Assembly (NCBI GenBank): GCA_013239625.1
Contig: MU053196.1
Span: forward strand, 248,001-312,000
Source: Lama guanicoe
Lineage: Eukaryota
Direction: 5' to 3'
DNA length: 64,000 nt
Shown: in pieces, positions 52,871 through 64,000 of the stretch
Layout: each line of letters begins with the position of its first letter
Position numbering within the stretch: position 1 is the stretch's first letter
Notes under the pieces: model-generated
Database searches by the model: none
Seen by the model: the letters and a program-made list of their open reading frames with translations, nothing else
Told to the model about the DNA's origin: nothing
Translations under genes and position numbers: made by a program

Positions 52871-54138
52871 CTAGGAAAGAGAAGACAATTTAGATTTTTA
52901 AAAGCAATCATGATATCACGAACATGCATGGGAAAGAATCTATGTTAAGCTGTTTCAGTTTAACCTACATGAACTTATGCAAACTTAAAGAAAACAATGG
53001 TGACTGAAGAACCAGTAGGAGGATGAAGGCTACATGATCTCCACATTCTGCAAACCCAGCTAACAACTCAGGGCCTATGAAAATAACCACCACCAAATAA
53101 TGCATGTGGCTGTGCCATTTAGAAATATACACACAGACTGAAAAAAAAAAAGGTGTCAAAACACACATCTTTTGTTCCATATAAGTGTGTCAGATATTTC
53201 TGTGGATTCTCAAAATAATATATCCTGCTTCTTTTTGCTAAAAAAGCAAAGTATGAAATCGTATGTTTTCTCTTTGTGTTTCTTTGAACAGATTATTGCT
53301 TTTCTGTTTGTCTTATTGAAACAAATAGAACTTTGAGAAAAAAGAATGAAAATGAGACTCTAAGTTGTTAGTTCAGACAATTTATTTTGACAGCTACCGT
53401 GTCTTATTTTCAATACTTCTACACTGCAGATATAATCTCTTTCTTTAAAATGCACTGGAGAGTTAATAACACATTAGTAACCAAATTGTATCTTTTTATT
53501 CTCTAGACCTGGCAATCTCAAAAATATCTTGTTAGAGTATAACACTGGAAACTTCATAAAACAATTCAAAGCAACATATTCATGTATTTTACAATAGATT
53601 ACTATACACTGGTGCTGGGGTCAAGTGTTTACAACAAAGCTCATTCGGAAGAAATTTAAAAAAAGGAAATTCACTGAATTACAATAAAGAATACCCTCTA
53701 ATTTCACAGGTTCATAGGCAATAATTTACAGTGTCATATTATTGTAAGTAAAACTGTATACAATTTTATAGGTATGGAGAAATGTCTAAAAGGAGGTTCA
53801 CTCAAATGTTAGCGATGCTTATCCTGGAGTTTTAAGATTATTTTATAAGTTATTAGATTATTTTACTCTTGTCTTTGCATTTTTTCCTATTTTAGTTGAA
53901 ACTGTTATATAAGTATCATTTTTATTTAAAAAGTTAAACGCTATAGATATCTATCTACTAATGTGGAAGTATTTGATAACAGATCATTGTCTTTTAAAAA
54001 GTCCCATAAGTATGGTCTGTTACACTTCCAGCATTGTAAAAAATTTTTTTAAATATATATATACTTATTTTATTTTTATTTATTTATTTTATATAATATA
54101 CATTGACTATTTTATTATATATTAAATATGTAAAGATT

Positions 54139-54143
<5 letters not shown>

Positions 54144-54181
<38 letters not shown>
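54144..54181. repeat. (TA)n microsatellite
   Basis: About 19 uninterrupted TA units. Confidence 0.95.
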
Positions 54182-54185
<4 letters not shown>

Positions 54186-54524
54186 AACACACACAAGAAT
54201 GTGGACTGGGCTGTTAAGTGTTTAACTTTGCATAAATAAAATAGAGATAGTTAATGTTTTATAAATGTTCTTTTTCCTTATCTCAAACTTCTGCTTATTC
54301 TATTAACCATGTATATATTGCTTTCCATGTATTAAAAAGTAAAAAGAACTTCAAAAAGAAAATGTACAAAACAAATCACAGATAGCAAATCTTGAACATA
54401 TGAAATAAATCCAGAAAAAAAAGTGTTATTGAAACTAATATAGGGGCAAAGTGAAGGAGCTGGCCCTTCATATTCAATTTATAATTTTTTAGGCATGTTA
54501 CACAGACTAGGTTAACAGGCCCAC

Positions 54525-54681
54525 CTGTCGTCAGTGCACTGTCAACACTGCCCTCGTAGAGCTGCCTCTGTGCCAAGAGGAAGAAGTGGTAAGCCTCAGC
54601 CCCCCTCCATGCAGTATCTGTGAAACGACTAGTTGTGGACAGAGCTTCTTCTTCCAGCAAACCAGCCAAAGCAGAAGTGGC
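54525..54681 (-). CDS. WDR35: WDR35-like coding exon (157 bp)
   Basis: tacttctag| ... G|gtgggc; [52 protein letters not shown]. Confidence 0.95.
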
Positions 54682-55339
54682 CTAGAAGTAAAGCAGACCC
54701 ACATTTTCTGTCAGCACCACCATAACAATGGTCTTCCAATGAAGATGACTTCTGAAATTGTTATACATTAAAATATCTAAATTAGCAGATTTTATCATTA
54801 CAAAACTCATTCCAAACTTAGTTTCTCCATTATAATTCATATTTTGTTAAACAAGTATGATTAAATTGTCTTCAGTTTTATTGAGGTATAATTGATTTTA
54901 AAAATTATAAGATTTTTAAAGTGTACATCATGCTGATTCGACATATGTATACATTGTGAGAAGGTTCTCCCCATGGTATGATCAAATATTAAAATAGAAT
55001 TAATTAGCTTTAAGTTAATGTAAGGTTCAATCACACATTAAAAGAATGTACATATTCTAGAAAAGCTTTTAAAACTCACTGTTAGAAAGGATTTTCCAAG
55101 TAAGGAATTTAAACAAAGATTACAGATTAGTCTTGTAAAAAAATAATTTGCAATATTTGCAAGTTGCAATGTCTAAATTTGAGTACCAATTCCAAATCAG
55201 TCATTAATTTCCCTCATACCATTTAAGAAAATAAATGCAAACAAACAAGTTAAATGTCCTGTCCATAAAGAGAATTTTGGTAGTTCTTTTTTCCTTAAAC
55301 ACTTCAGATGATTTAATGTTACTAAATAATCTACCTTAC

Positions 55340-55480
55340 CTCTGAGTTCTTTTCTTTAGCTTTTCCTTGTTGAGCATTTTTCATTTGTTCATGGTACTGC
55401 TCTATAAGTAAAGCTGATAGTACATAGAGCTTCTTAACACGTAAAGGTTTAGTTCTTTTCTTTGCCTCTTCATCTGCAAT
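55340..55480 (-). CDS. WDR35: WDR35-like coding exon (141 bp)
   Basis: gtttaaag| ... GAG|gtaagg; [47 protein letters not shown]. Confidence 0.95.
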
Positions 55481-55636
55481 CTTTAAACATTTAAAGAGTT
55501 ATGGAAGATATTTCTTAAACTATATTTGTACAGTTATCATTTCTGAAATATGATTCTCTAACAAAAAGGAGGAAAGTCAGTATGATGGGATATAAATACT
55601 ACTCATTTATGGTAAATATTTTAAAACCCATTTCTT

Positions 55637-55717
55637 GGGGGTATAGCTCAGTGGTAGAGCATGTGCGTAAGCATGGGCGAGATCCTGGGTTCAATGCCCA
55701 GTACCTTCATTAAAAAA
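55637..55717 (+). mobile_element. tRNA-derived SINE (camelid Vic-1-like)
   Basis: ggggtatagctcagtggtagagc (A box) ... cctgggttcaatgcccagtacc (B box) plus short A tail. Confidence 0.85.
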
Positions 55718-56450
55718 TTTTTTTCTTTTCCTTAGTACTAGTAAGTACTTAGTTCTTTCCTTAGTGTTTAGCTATTGGAGTTAGAGCTCATAACCATCTT
55801 AGAAAATAATAGATGCTGCTAAAAAACTAAGTCAGAATGAAGAAAGCTTTCATGGAATGGGTAGTATTTTCCATAACGAAGAGATTTTTAGAGTAATGTT
55901 CCAAGTACCCAGAAATAAGATGGCTTTAACATGGTACATCCTTCAGAAATTAAAGTTTATTTAAATGATTTGGAGGGAAAGTTTTCCTTTTTCATTAAAT
56001 CAAATGGGAAACAAACAGAAAAGAATGTAAAATTTGTATACATTAATACTGTACTGGTCATCTTCCCTCCAAATGCATACTATGAAAAATGTAAAGTCTT
56101 TAAAACTTGAACATTTAAAAGGACTCAAAATCCTACTGTCAGGGGGATTTAATTTCCAGTTACGGGGATTTGTACTTTATGGTCCCTGAAAATTCTATAA
56201 TTCTTTGTTAACTTTGATATTAAGTAAATATACAATTGCTTAGGTATCATTAAGGTGCTAAAATTAATAAATAGCCTTTTTAGTAAAAGGTAATAATACT
56301 CAGATAACACATAGTTATAATAGCAACGGAATGAGAGGGATTTTGCTATAACAAATACTTGTTTCCAAAGAAAATGGAAAAGGTACTCTTCGGTATATAA
56401 AAAATTAGTACTAGAAGAAACCAAATACTCACAAAGTTTATTACATTTAC

Positions 56451-56615
56451 CTTAAACATCAGTTTAGCAGCATCATAAAAGTAACTGGCTTTCCGGTAGA
56501 GTTCTATGGCATCAAGAGTTTTATTCTTTCCCAATAAATGACATGCATACCTCTCTAACAGGGAATCAATTTCCTTCATACTATGACTTTTAGCCAATTC
56601 AACAGCTTTGTTCCA
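56451..56615 (-). CDS. WDR35: WDR35-like coding exon (165 bp)
   Basis: ttttcctcag| ... AAG|gtaaat; [55 protein letters not shown]. Confidence 0.95.
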
Positions 56616-57490
56616 CTGAGGAAAAATATATATAACATACAGTTACCCAAGCATTTACAGTCAGATGTCTTAAAATACACACAATAAAGCTTTAAGTTTA
56701 TAAGAATACATAAGACTATATGCAAATTTAAAAACTGGTATCTATTTTTAAAAATCACTTAAAATCAGAGCAACTATAAATGTTATGATTCAAACATGTG
56801 TCAAAATAATCCAATGACCTAAGATATGCTTACGAAGTATATCTGAAAAAGAAAACTTCAAAGTTTATAATCACATTAATCTTACAATTCTAATTCTTTA
56901 TTTGTTTATAGTAATACAAAATATGCAATTTCAGTTAAGAAAACATCCTACCGGATTTAACATTTAAAGTTATTTTTATAAAGCAAATGAAGCTTTATAA
57001 AATACTTTAGAAAATACTTAAAAGAATACATTGATAGTCAATAATTTCAATAATTCTGTACTTTAATTTTATTTAAGTTCCAGCTCTTAAAATATCAAAT
57101 ATATGGTTTCTATATAGGGAAAGGAAAATAGATCTGCCAAAATAAATATTGATAAAGCAATTCAATTCCTCCCTCTTGTAATGACTGTTAACTGTTCCTT
57201 CATTGGAAACAAAACCCAATCCTAATAAAATGCAGAAAATTATGAAATTACTTCCAGACAAAAACTTGCCGGACTAAAAGCAGTTTTGTTCATGTTCCCA
57301 TATTGAATTAGTTACGAGTGGGTCACCCTTAATGGTAGCCCTTCAAGAGGTTAAGTGCACATTCCAACATTTTCTTAGTCCTCCACTAAATAAGGGACAA
57401 CCTGACTCCTTTCACAAAATCCACCTCAAGCTCTCCAACCCTTACACTGGCAACAGGCTTTAAAGCATCACTACGGTGACTTTGACTTCA

Positions 57491-57637
<147 letters not shown>

Positions 57638-58584
57638 TCACAGAACAAGGAAATCACTTATATTTTAACTTACAAAACTCCATAGGGATATATGAATATT
57701 AACTTCACTGGTGGCTACCAATTTTCCTTTTAAACAGACATAGAGGTAGAGGCTACAAACCAGAAAGGATGCTAAGGCATCACATTCTATAAAATCAGTG
57801 ACTCACACCGAGGATCTGGTTTTTAACCAGGTTCTGACAATATTGTACTCGTATCTTCTCTCAGTTCAGTAGCTATTTTACAGAAATGCCAAGCTCCACA
57901 ACGAACCCCACATTAGTGGGTAAAAAAAACCTTTAAGGCAATTGATGTTACACTCAGTGTTAATCATTAGAGGCTTAAGAAAAACCTCACACTCACAGAG
58001 CTCTCAAATACCTCTATAAAAAATGCCCCAGACAAGTTGACCGCTCATCAGTTCAGGAAACTAGACCAAAAACAGAGAGGGAGAACCACAACAAAAACCA
58101 GTCATAACCATTGGGCTGTACTCGACATTTTCAGAATATCAGGTTTTTTTCCTTTCTTATTATCTAGTTGGTTAGAGTTTTTCTCTCTGCATCCCCACTC
58201 CCAAAAGATTTTGGGAAATATCATAAAAGTACATTGTGTACCCAACTATCTTTTTTTTAATGATGGTCATATTTTTCTGATTATAAAGTAATTCTTATGG
58301 TAAAAAAAATTAGAAAATATGAAAAAGTAAAGCTACTCATAATTCTTATTACCCATAAGAAACCTGTCTCCATATTCTGATGGAATGTCCTAACATCTGT
58401 GTCCTATGACTATATGTGTATGTGTGTGTATGTATGTTTTGTAATCATAATATACACAGTTTTGTATATTGTATTCTCCACTTAAATATTTTGTTCATTT
58501 TCCCAATTATTAAAAAATCCTTCAAAACTTTATTTAAAATTTGCAGTTTAAATTAAAATATACTTTATGAAAACAAATATATGT

Positions 58585-58665
58585 ATGTATATGCAAGACT
58601 GAGACATTGTGCTGTACACCAGAGACTGACACATTGTAACTGACTGTACTTCAATTTTAAAAATT
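58585..58665 (+). mobile_element. Short young L1 3' tail
   Basis: gctgtacaccagagactgacacattgtaactgactgtacttcaatt is the reverse complement of the L1 end seen at 3795 and 39840. Confidence 0.75.
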
Positions 58666-59622
58666 AAACTATACTTTAATTATTTAATTATTGTTATTAT
58701 AGCTATAGTTAGTATTTACTCAATAATATTACTATTCTGGATACCCTTCAGCAACATTTTTTTCTGCACCATCAGACACACGTAACAGATGACAGTAATA
58801 TCAGATTCACTGTCCCTATATCCAGGGTTATGTTGTAAGTAATTTCAGTTTCTTTCCTACTTAAGTAAACACATAAGATTGAGAATAAGAGTATGTGAAA
58901 ATGCCATTATTACAGGGATAATTGCTCTGATTCACAATAAAGAAAAAACCTGAATTATCAGAATTCTTTACTCATCTATTAATAGACAAAACATTGTGGG
59001 AGAACCTACAACTGATACCTGTCCAGACCCTGTAGCTGAGAGCTCTTACCTCTCTAGGTATCATACAGCTCAGTGTTTTATAGTTTAGATAAAACAAATA
59101 AAATACAAGCTCATTTACATCATTCAACAATTAATTTAAAGAGGCTTAAAAAGAGAAAATAGAACAAAATTAAAGAGAACTCTGCTTTTAGTTTCTTTTT
59201 TTTTTTAACATTAAACCCTTTATTGTTAATGTAGCCTAATAAAAGCCAAGCTATCTTTTTAAACTTTTCTCATAGCAAATTTCCAACATACGTACACACA
59301 CACCACTCCTCAGACCCACCTCAGATTATTTTGAAGTGAAATTCTGACAAGACGTCATTTCATCTGTAAGTATTTCACATTTTCAGCTAACTCTTTAAAA
59401 CAATTTTACTAAACTGACAACCCTACTCAAGACTATGATCATGTTAAAATAGTAGGAATATGACTGACATTTTTCTCTCCATTTTCAAGCATACTGACAT
59501 TTGTTTAATAACTAAAGCATCATTCTATGTCTAAGACACTGTAAAGTTGTAGTAATTTTTAATTTTATGTATTACAGAGGACATTTCCTGCCTATAACAT
59601 AAAAACCTTATAAAGTCACCTA

Positions 59623-59811
<189 letters not shown>

Positions 59812-60257
59812 TTAAAACTAATGAAACTAGTATGAGTTTCCTGGTAAATAAGCAAATTTCACCAAAAATGTTCTTTCATTAGGATTCCAGTACTAGTATT
59901 ACTCTAGTCATCATCTTCATTACAGAATGCCTTTGAATATTCTTAGGACATATTGTTTTAATCTGATATACTGTTGTATTTCCAAACACTGAGATAAATA
60001 AATAAGCATACTGATCAAAATGATAACTTAAGAACAAAGCCAATGATTTCTGGGAAAAAATCTGTAATCACAAAACAAGCAAATATAAACTATATCCTCA
60101 AACAGCAGAAAGTTATCTGGAACTAAAAGGTAAGTTTTGTGAGTTTTGAAACTCCGAAGGCTTATGATGCTTACATGACAGCTTGAAGGAGCTCTTGCTC
60201 TTCAACATGAATCTAGAACTACATGAATTTAGGCGCCGGGAGGATGGCCTTCATTTG

Positions 60258-60712
60258 CCTAGCATTATGTCATAGGGAAGTACTCAGGCAGCCCTAGCAC
60301 TACGTCATAGGGAAGTACTCAGGCAGCCCTAGCACTGCGTCATAGGGAAGTACTCAGGCAGCCCTAGCACTGCGTCATAGGGAAGTACTCAGGCAGCCCT
60401 AGCACTGCGTCATAGGGAAGTACTCAGGCAGCCCTAGCACTGCGTCATAGGGAAGTACTCAGGCAGCCCTAGCATTGCGTCATAGGGAAGTACTCAGGCA
60501 GCCCTAGCACTGCGTCATAGGGAAGTACTCAGGCAGCCCTAGCATTGCGTCATAGGGAAGTACTCAGGCAGCCCTAGCATTGCGTCATAGGGAAGTACTC
60601 AGGCAGCCCTAGCACTGCGTCATAGGGAAGTACTCAGGCAGCCCTAGCATTGCGTCATAGGGAAGTACTCAGGCAGCCCTAGCATTATTTCATAGGGAAG
60701 TACTCACGCAGC
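60258..60712. repeat. 35-bp minisatellite (VNTR), about 13 near-identical copies, intronic
   Basis: Unit tcatagggaagtactcaggcagccctagca(c/t)tgcg; catagggaag recurs every 35 bp from 60271 to 60691. Confidence 0.97.
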
Positions 60713-60764
60713 TACAATTTTAAGTGCTGGGTAAATGGATGAGGGGGTCCACATAGGTTACCTA

Positions 60765-61040
<276 letters not shown>

Positions 61041-61745
61041 CTCCAAATACTTTAAAATTTAGCCCCATCAGGTAAGAGGCAATAGGGAGAACCTGGAATA
61101 AGAAAAAGGAAACAATTTCCTGTCTCTTATTTTCCTAGACTTTCAAGCTACTTGGCAAAATAATGATTTAAATAACAATCACTTCTTTCCATCAATTTCT
61201 TAAGACATGATCAGGCTTATTTCATGCTTACATGTTTGGTTTTATACTTCTTGTCAGGGCCCAAGTTGTATTAGCAATTTCTTAAAAGTACAAATAATAA
61301 AAATTAGATATAATGTTCACAGCTGAAATGAAGTTCATAATTATTTTCTACAAATCAAATGAAATATGAAGAGTAACACTCAATCCCCTAATATCTTTGA
61401 TTTTTATTTCATGCTCCTTGACAAAAGGCTTAAATCAAAAAAGAGAACATAAACAATCAGCTTAGTAAATAAATGCTAAAGCTTCCAGTTTCTGCAGCCA
61501 TATATGACTTTTTTCTCCTACCAAATGAAAAAACTAACCCATGGCCAGCCCTTACTACATGTATAAAGAGAGAATAAAGCTGCCCTCAAATTACAAAGCA
61601 TAAATTCACGAAGGTCATGCAGAGTATCCAGGTTGTAATCCAAATGAATTTATTTTCTAGAACACATGATTTTACAATTCCCACTTGTGAAATAAAAATC
61701 GCAATTTCCAGAAGTACTCTGGGTGTCAGCACCTTCGTCACTGAC

Positions 61746-61949
61746 CTTCTGTCCATATTGAGGTACATTCTCTCCGCCTCCTCAAACCTGCCGAAGTAGG
61801 CAACCACCTCCGCCTGCTTCATGGACTCGCTCTGTAGGTTGCCCAGGCGCTTCACAAACTTAATGCCTTGGTAATCCTTACAGAGCACGAATGCTTGCTC
61901 TGCAGTGTGCAAATCCAGCTTCTGAAGAGCTGCTTCAGCCAGCAGACGC
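61746..61949 (-). CDS. WDR35: WDR35-like coding exon (204 bp)
   Basis: ctaaag| ... AG|gtcagt; (W)[67 protein letters not shown](R); phases fit both neighbours. Confidence 0.95.
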
Positions 61950-62272
61950 CTTTAGTACAAAAGAACAGGAAAACATATGGCAAGTTACTGATAAAGAAGT
62001 CTCGAATCAGAATTCAATTATTACACCTGTTGTTTCTAGTGAACCATGGTGGGAAGTGGTTATTTTAACACATTTATCCATGTTCATATAATTTTATGCT
62101 TCTGTTGAGTACTTCCAAATCGAAACTGAATTTCTGTATTTTTAAAAGAACAAGAACGGAAGTCTACTCCCATCAGGAGGCTAGGATGAGTGCAGAGGAA
62201 GACAGAGCTGAGACCGTAAGGCTTACACCTGACATTTGGGGAGGTTTTTTTGTTGTTGAATTTTTTAAATAC

Positions 62273-62409
62273 CAAAGTCGGGGGTGTGGATTGTCCTGTA
62301 TGAATTGAGATGCATGTTGAATTCCAACATTTTCAATCAGTGCTCGGCTATCTCGCAGGGACTGAAGCTCAAAGTTAATGATATAATCCTTGTTCGGATG
62401 TTCTGGATT
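62273..62409 (-). CDS. WDR35: WDR35-like internal coding exon (most 5' exon in window, 137 bp)
   Basis: Acceptor tttactttcag, donor TG|gtattt; translates [45 protein letters not shown](W), containing the SLRD and DNPHPRLW motifs of WDR35/IFT121. Not in the supplied ORF track. Confidence 0.93.
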
Positions 62410-63199
62410 CTGAAAGTAAAGGTGAAAAGAAAAAAAAAATCAAACTGTTCCCTGTAGAATATGTATTTCTTTTTTACAGTAAAAAACAAAACAAAACAAA
62501 ACAGAAAAAAAACCAAAAAAAAAACAGGAACTGCATCATATTATGAGCAAAACCAGGGAGAAAAGAAATTCCCATATATGAATCTTTTGAGTTATCTGGA
62601 AAACAGCCCCAACCCACAAGTCCTTCCTGAGGTTAAACGGGGACAGTGGTAGAAGGGGTCCCTCACAATTATGCAGACTTGTTCAGATTCTTCCTTTGGA
62701 CAAATGGAATAATCAAACTTACTTCCAAGCATTGTGAGGACTAACTGAGAAAACATATCAAACATTTAGCACAGTGCCTAGCTGCGTTACTCACATTATT
62801 TGCAGTCTCAGAACTGACCTCATGCTCTCTTGCTTCAAACCTTATAAGAGATACACCAACCAACTGAACCACATCCCCAACCGTCTTCCGGTGGCTGAAT
62901 GTCTTGTCCATCTCCCCAGCTCCTCTACTTGAGGCCAGAAACTGTCTCACTAGACCTCAATAAATATTTGCTGAGTCAACAAATAGATGAACTTTGGTTA
63001 AATATCTTACCCACTAAGAGTCTTCCTCATCTACAAATGAGGTCTGTGTAATATCTACCAAGTACAGTTGTAATGACAAACAAAAATATGCAAAGACAAA
63101 TGAACACCTCATATGAAGGAACTTTAGTAAATGTTAATTCCCTTCTTTTCTTTTTGCATTCCTTCTCCAGTCTTCCAAGAAAGTTCTCATGTTATTTCT

Positions 63200-63265
63200 C
63201 TTTTTCCCCTATTTTACTGAGATATAATTGGCATACAACATTGCATTAGTTTTAGGTGTATAACA
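63200..63265 (-). mobile_element. Very short L1 3' tail with perfect 14-bp TSD
   Basis: ctcatgttatttct at 63186-63199 and 63266-63279 flanking attttactgagatataattggcatacaacattg. Confidence 0.75.
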
Positions 63266-64000
63266 CTCATGTTATTTCTGAAAACTGTATGTCTGAAGGA
63301 ATCCACAGTTTAGCTAAACAATTCCTGGGTCGACAAGGCCTCAGTGGGAACTAAGGTACGACAATATTCTTTTCTTTATGGCTTGGCACATAGTAAGTCA
63401 GAAAACAAAACTGTCAGAGAGAACTTGGTTTTCCTTACAGTTTAACAACTGCCTGTAAACTGGGCAACAGTACTATAGATATTCTTTACTCTAGAATTAG
63501 ATATGCAAAAAATGTGTCCAGTGTATCAAGAATTTTAAAGTACATCTAACAATTTAAATATGCATTTTTAAAAATTCTTCATAAAAGTCAATACAATTAT
63601 CAGGCCAACAATATCACAGGCATTTTTAAGCACTCATGTACAAAGAAAATGCAGGAAAAACTGGTAATAGCTGTCTCTTAATGTGACTCTAAATAACTGA
63701 AAATTAGGATTACAAAACAAAATGTCAAGTTCTAAATCTTGACAACATAAAAATAGTATGTCTAACAAAAAAGAAGAGAAAGAGGGAGAAAATGTAAGAA
63801 CATCATCTTTTAGAATGGACAATCAACACTATTAAAAATGAAAATGTAGTTTAAAAGCAATAAACTTAGTTTTTCATAGTTTTTTCTTACCCAGAAAAAT
63901 GTATTGTTTGTGGTGAGAAAAAATTACCTAATGTTCTACAATTCCTTCAAATATTGTCACATTATTAAATTAAAATCAAATTTAACACTACAAAAGTAGA

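Noticed and set aside
55637..55717. tRNA-Ala gene
   Set aside because: No closing acceptor stem, has an A tail, and related diverged copies occur at 10.8 and 20.4 kb, so it is a SINE.
60258..60712. CRISPR-like array of ~35-bp repeats
   Set aside because: Units are head-to-tail with no unique spacers, there are no cas genes, and it sits in a mammalian intron.
63634..63822. Possible further upstream WDR35 exon (QDLELD)
   Set aside because: Surrounding sequence does not match the expected upstream WDR35 exon and lacks fitting splice sites; that exon probably lies beyond the window.

Overview
Mammalian genomic DNA, most likely camelid: it carries tRNA-derived SINEs of the camelid Vic-1 type and matching young L1 3' ends. 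The only protein-coding gene I can support is a WDR35 (IFT121, IFT-A subunit)-like gene on the minus strand. Its last ten coding exons (62409 down to the TGA stop at 52203) splice with canonical GT-AG sites into one open frame of 528 codons plus stop. The protein departs from human WDR35, as I recall it, at many normally conserved positions, and I cannot find the usual downstream neighbour TTC32, so this may be a diverged duplicate or lie at a rearrangement junction. The remaining ~51 kb is non-coding and more GC-rich. It contains L1, L2, MIR, MLT and MER3 relics, an ERV2-type solo LTR with a perfect 6-bp target-site duplication (TSD), a probable hAT fossil, two unusual GC-rich satellite blocks (one with an internal inversion) and enhancer-like motif clusters. 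A near-perfect 35-bp VNTR lies in a WDR35 intron and a long fold-back lies in its 3' UTR. Repeat family names are from recognition, not database searches, and repeat boundaries are approximate unless a TSD is quoted.
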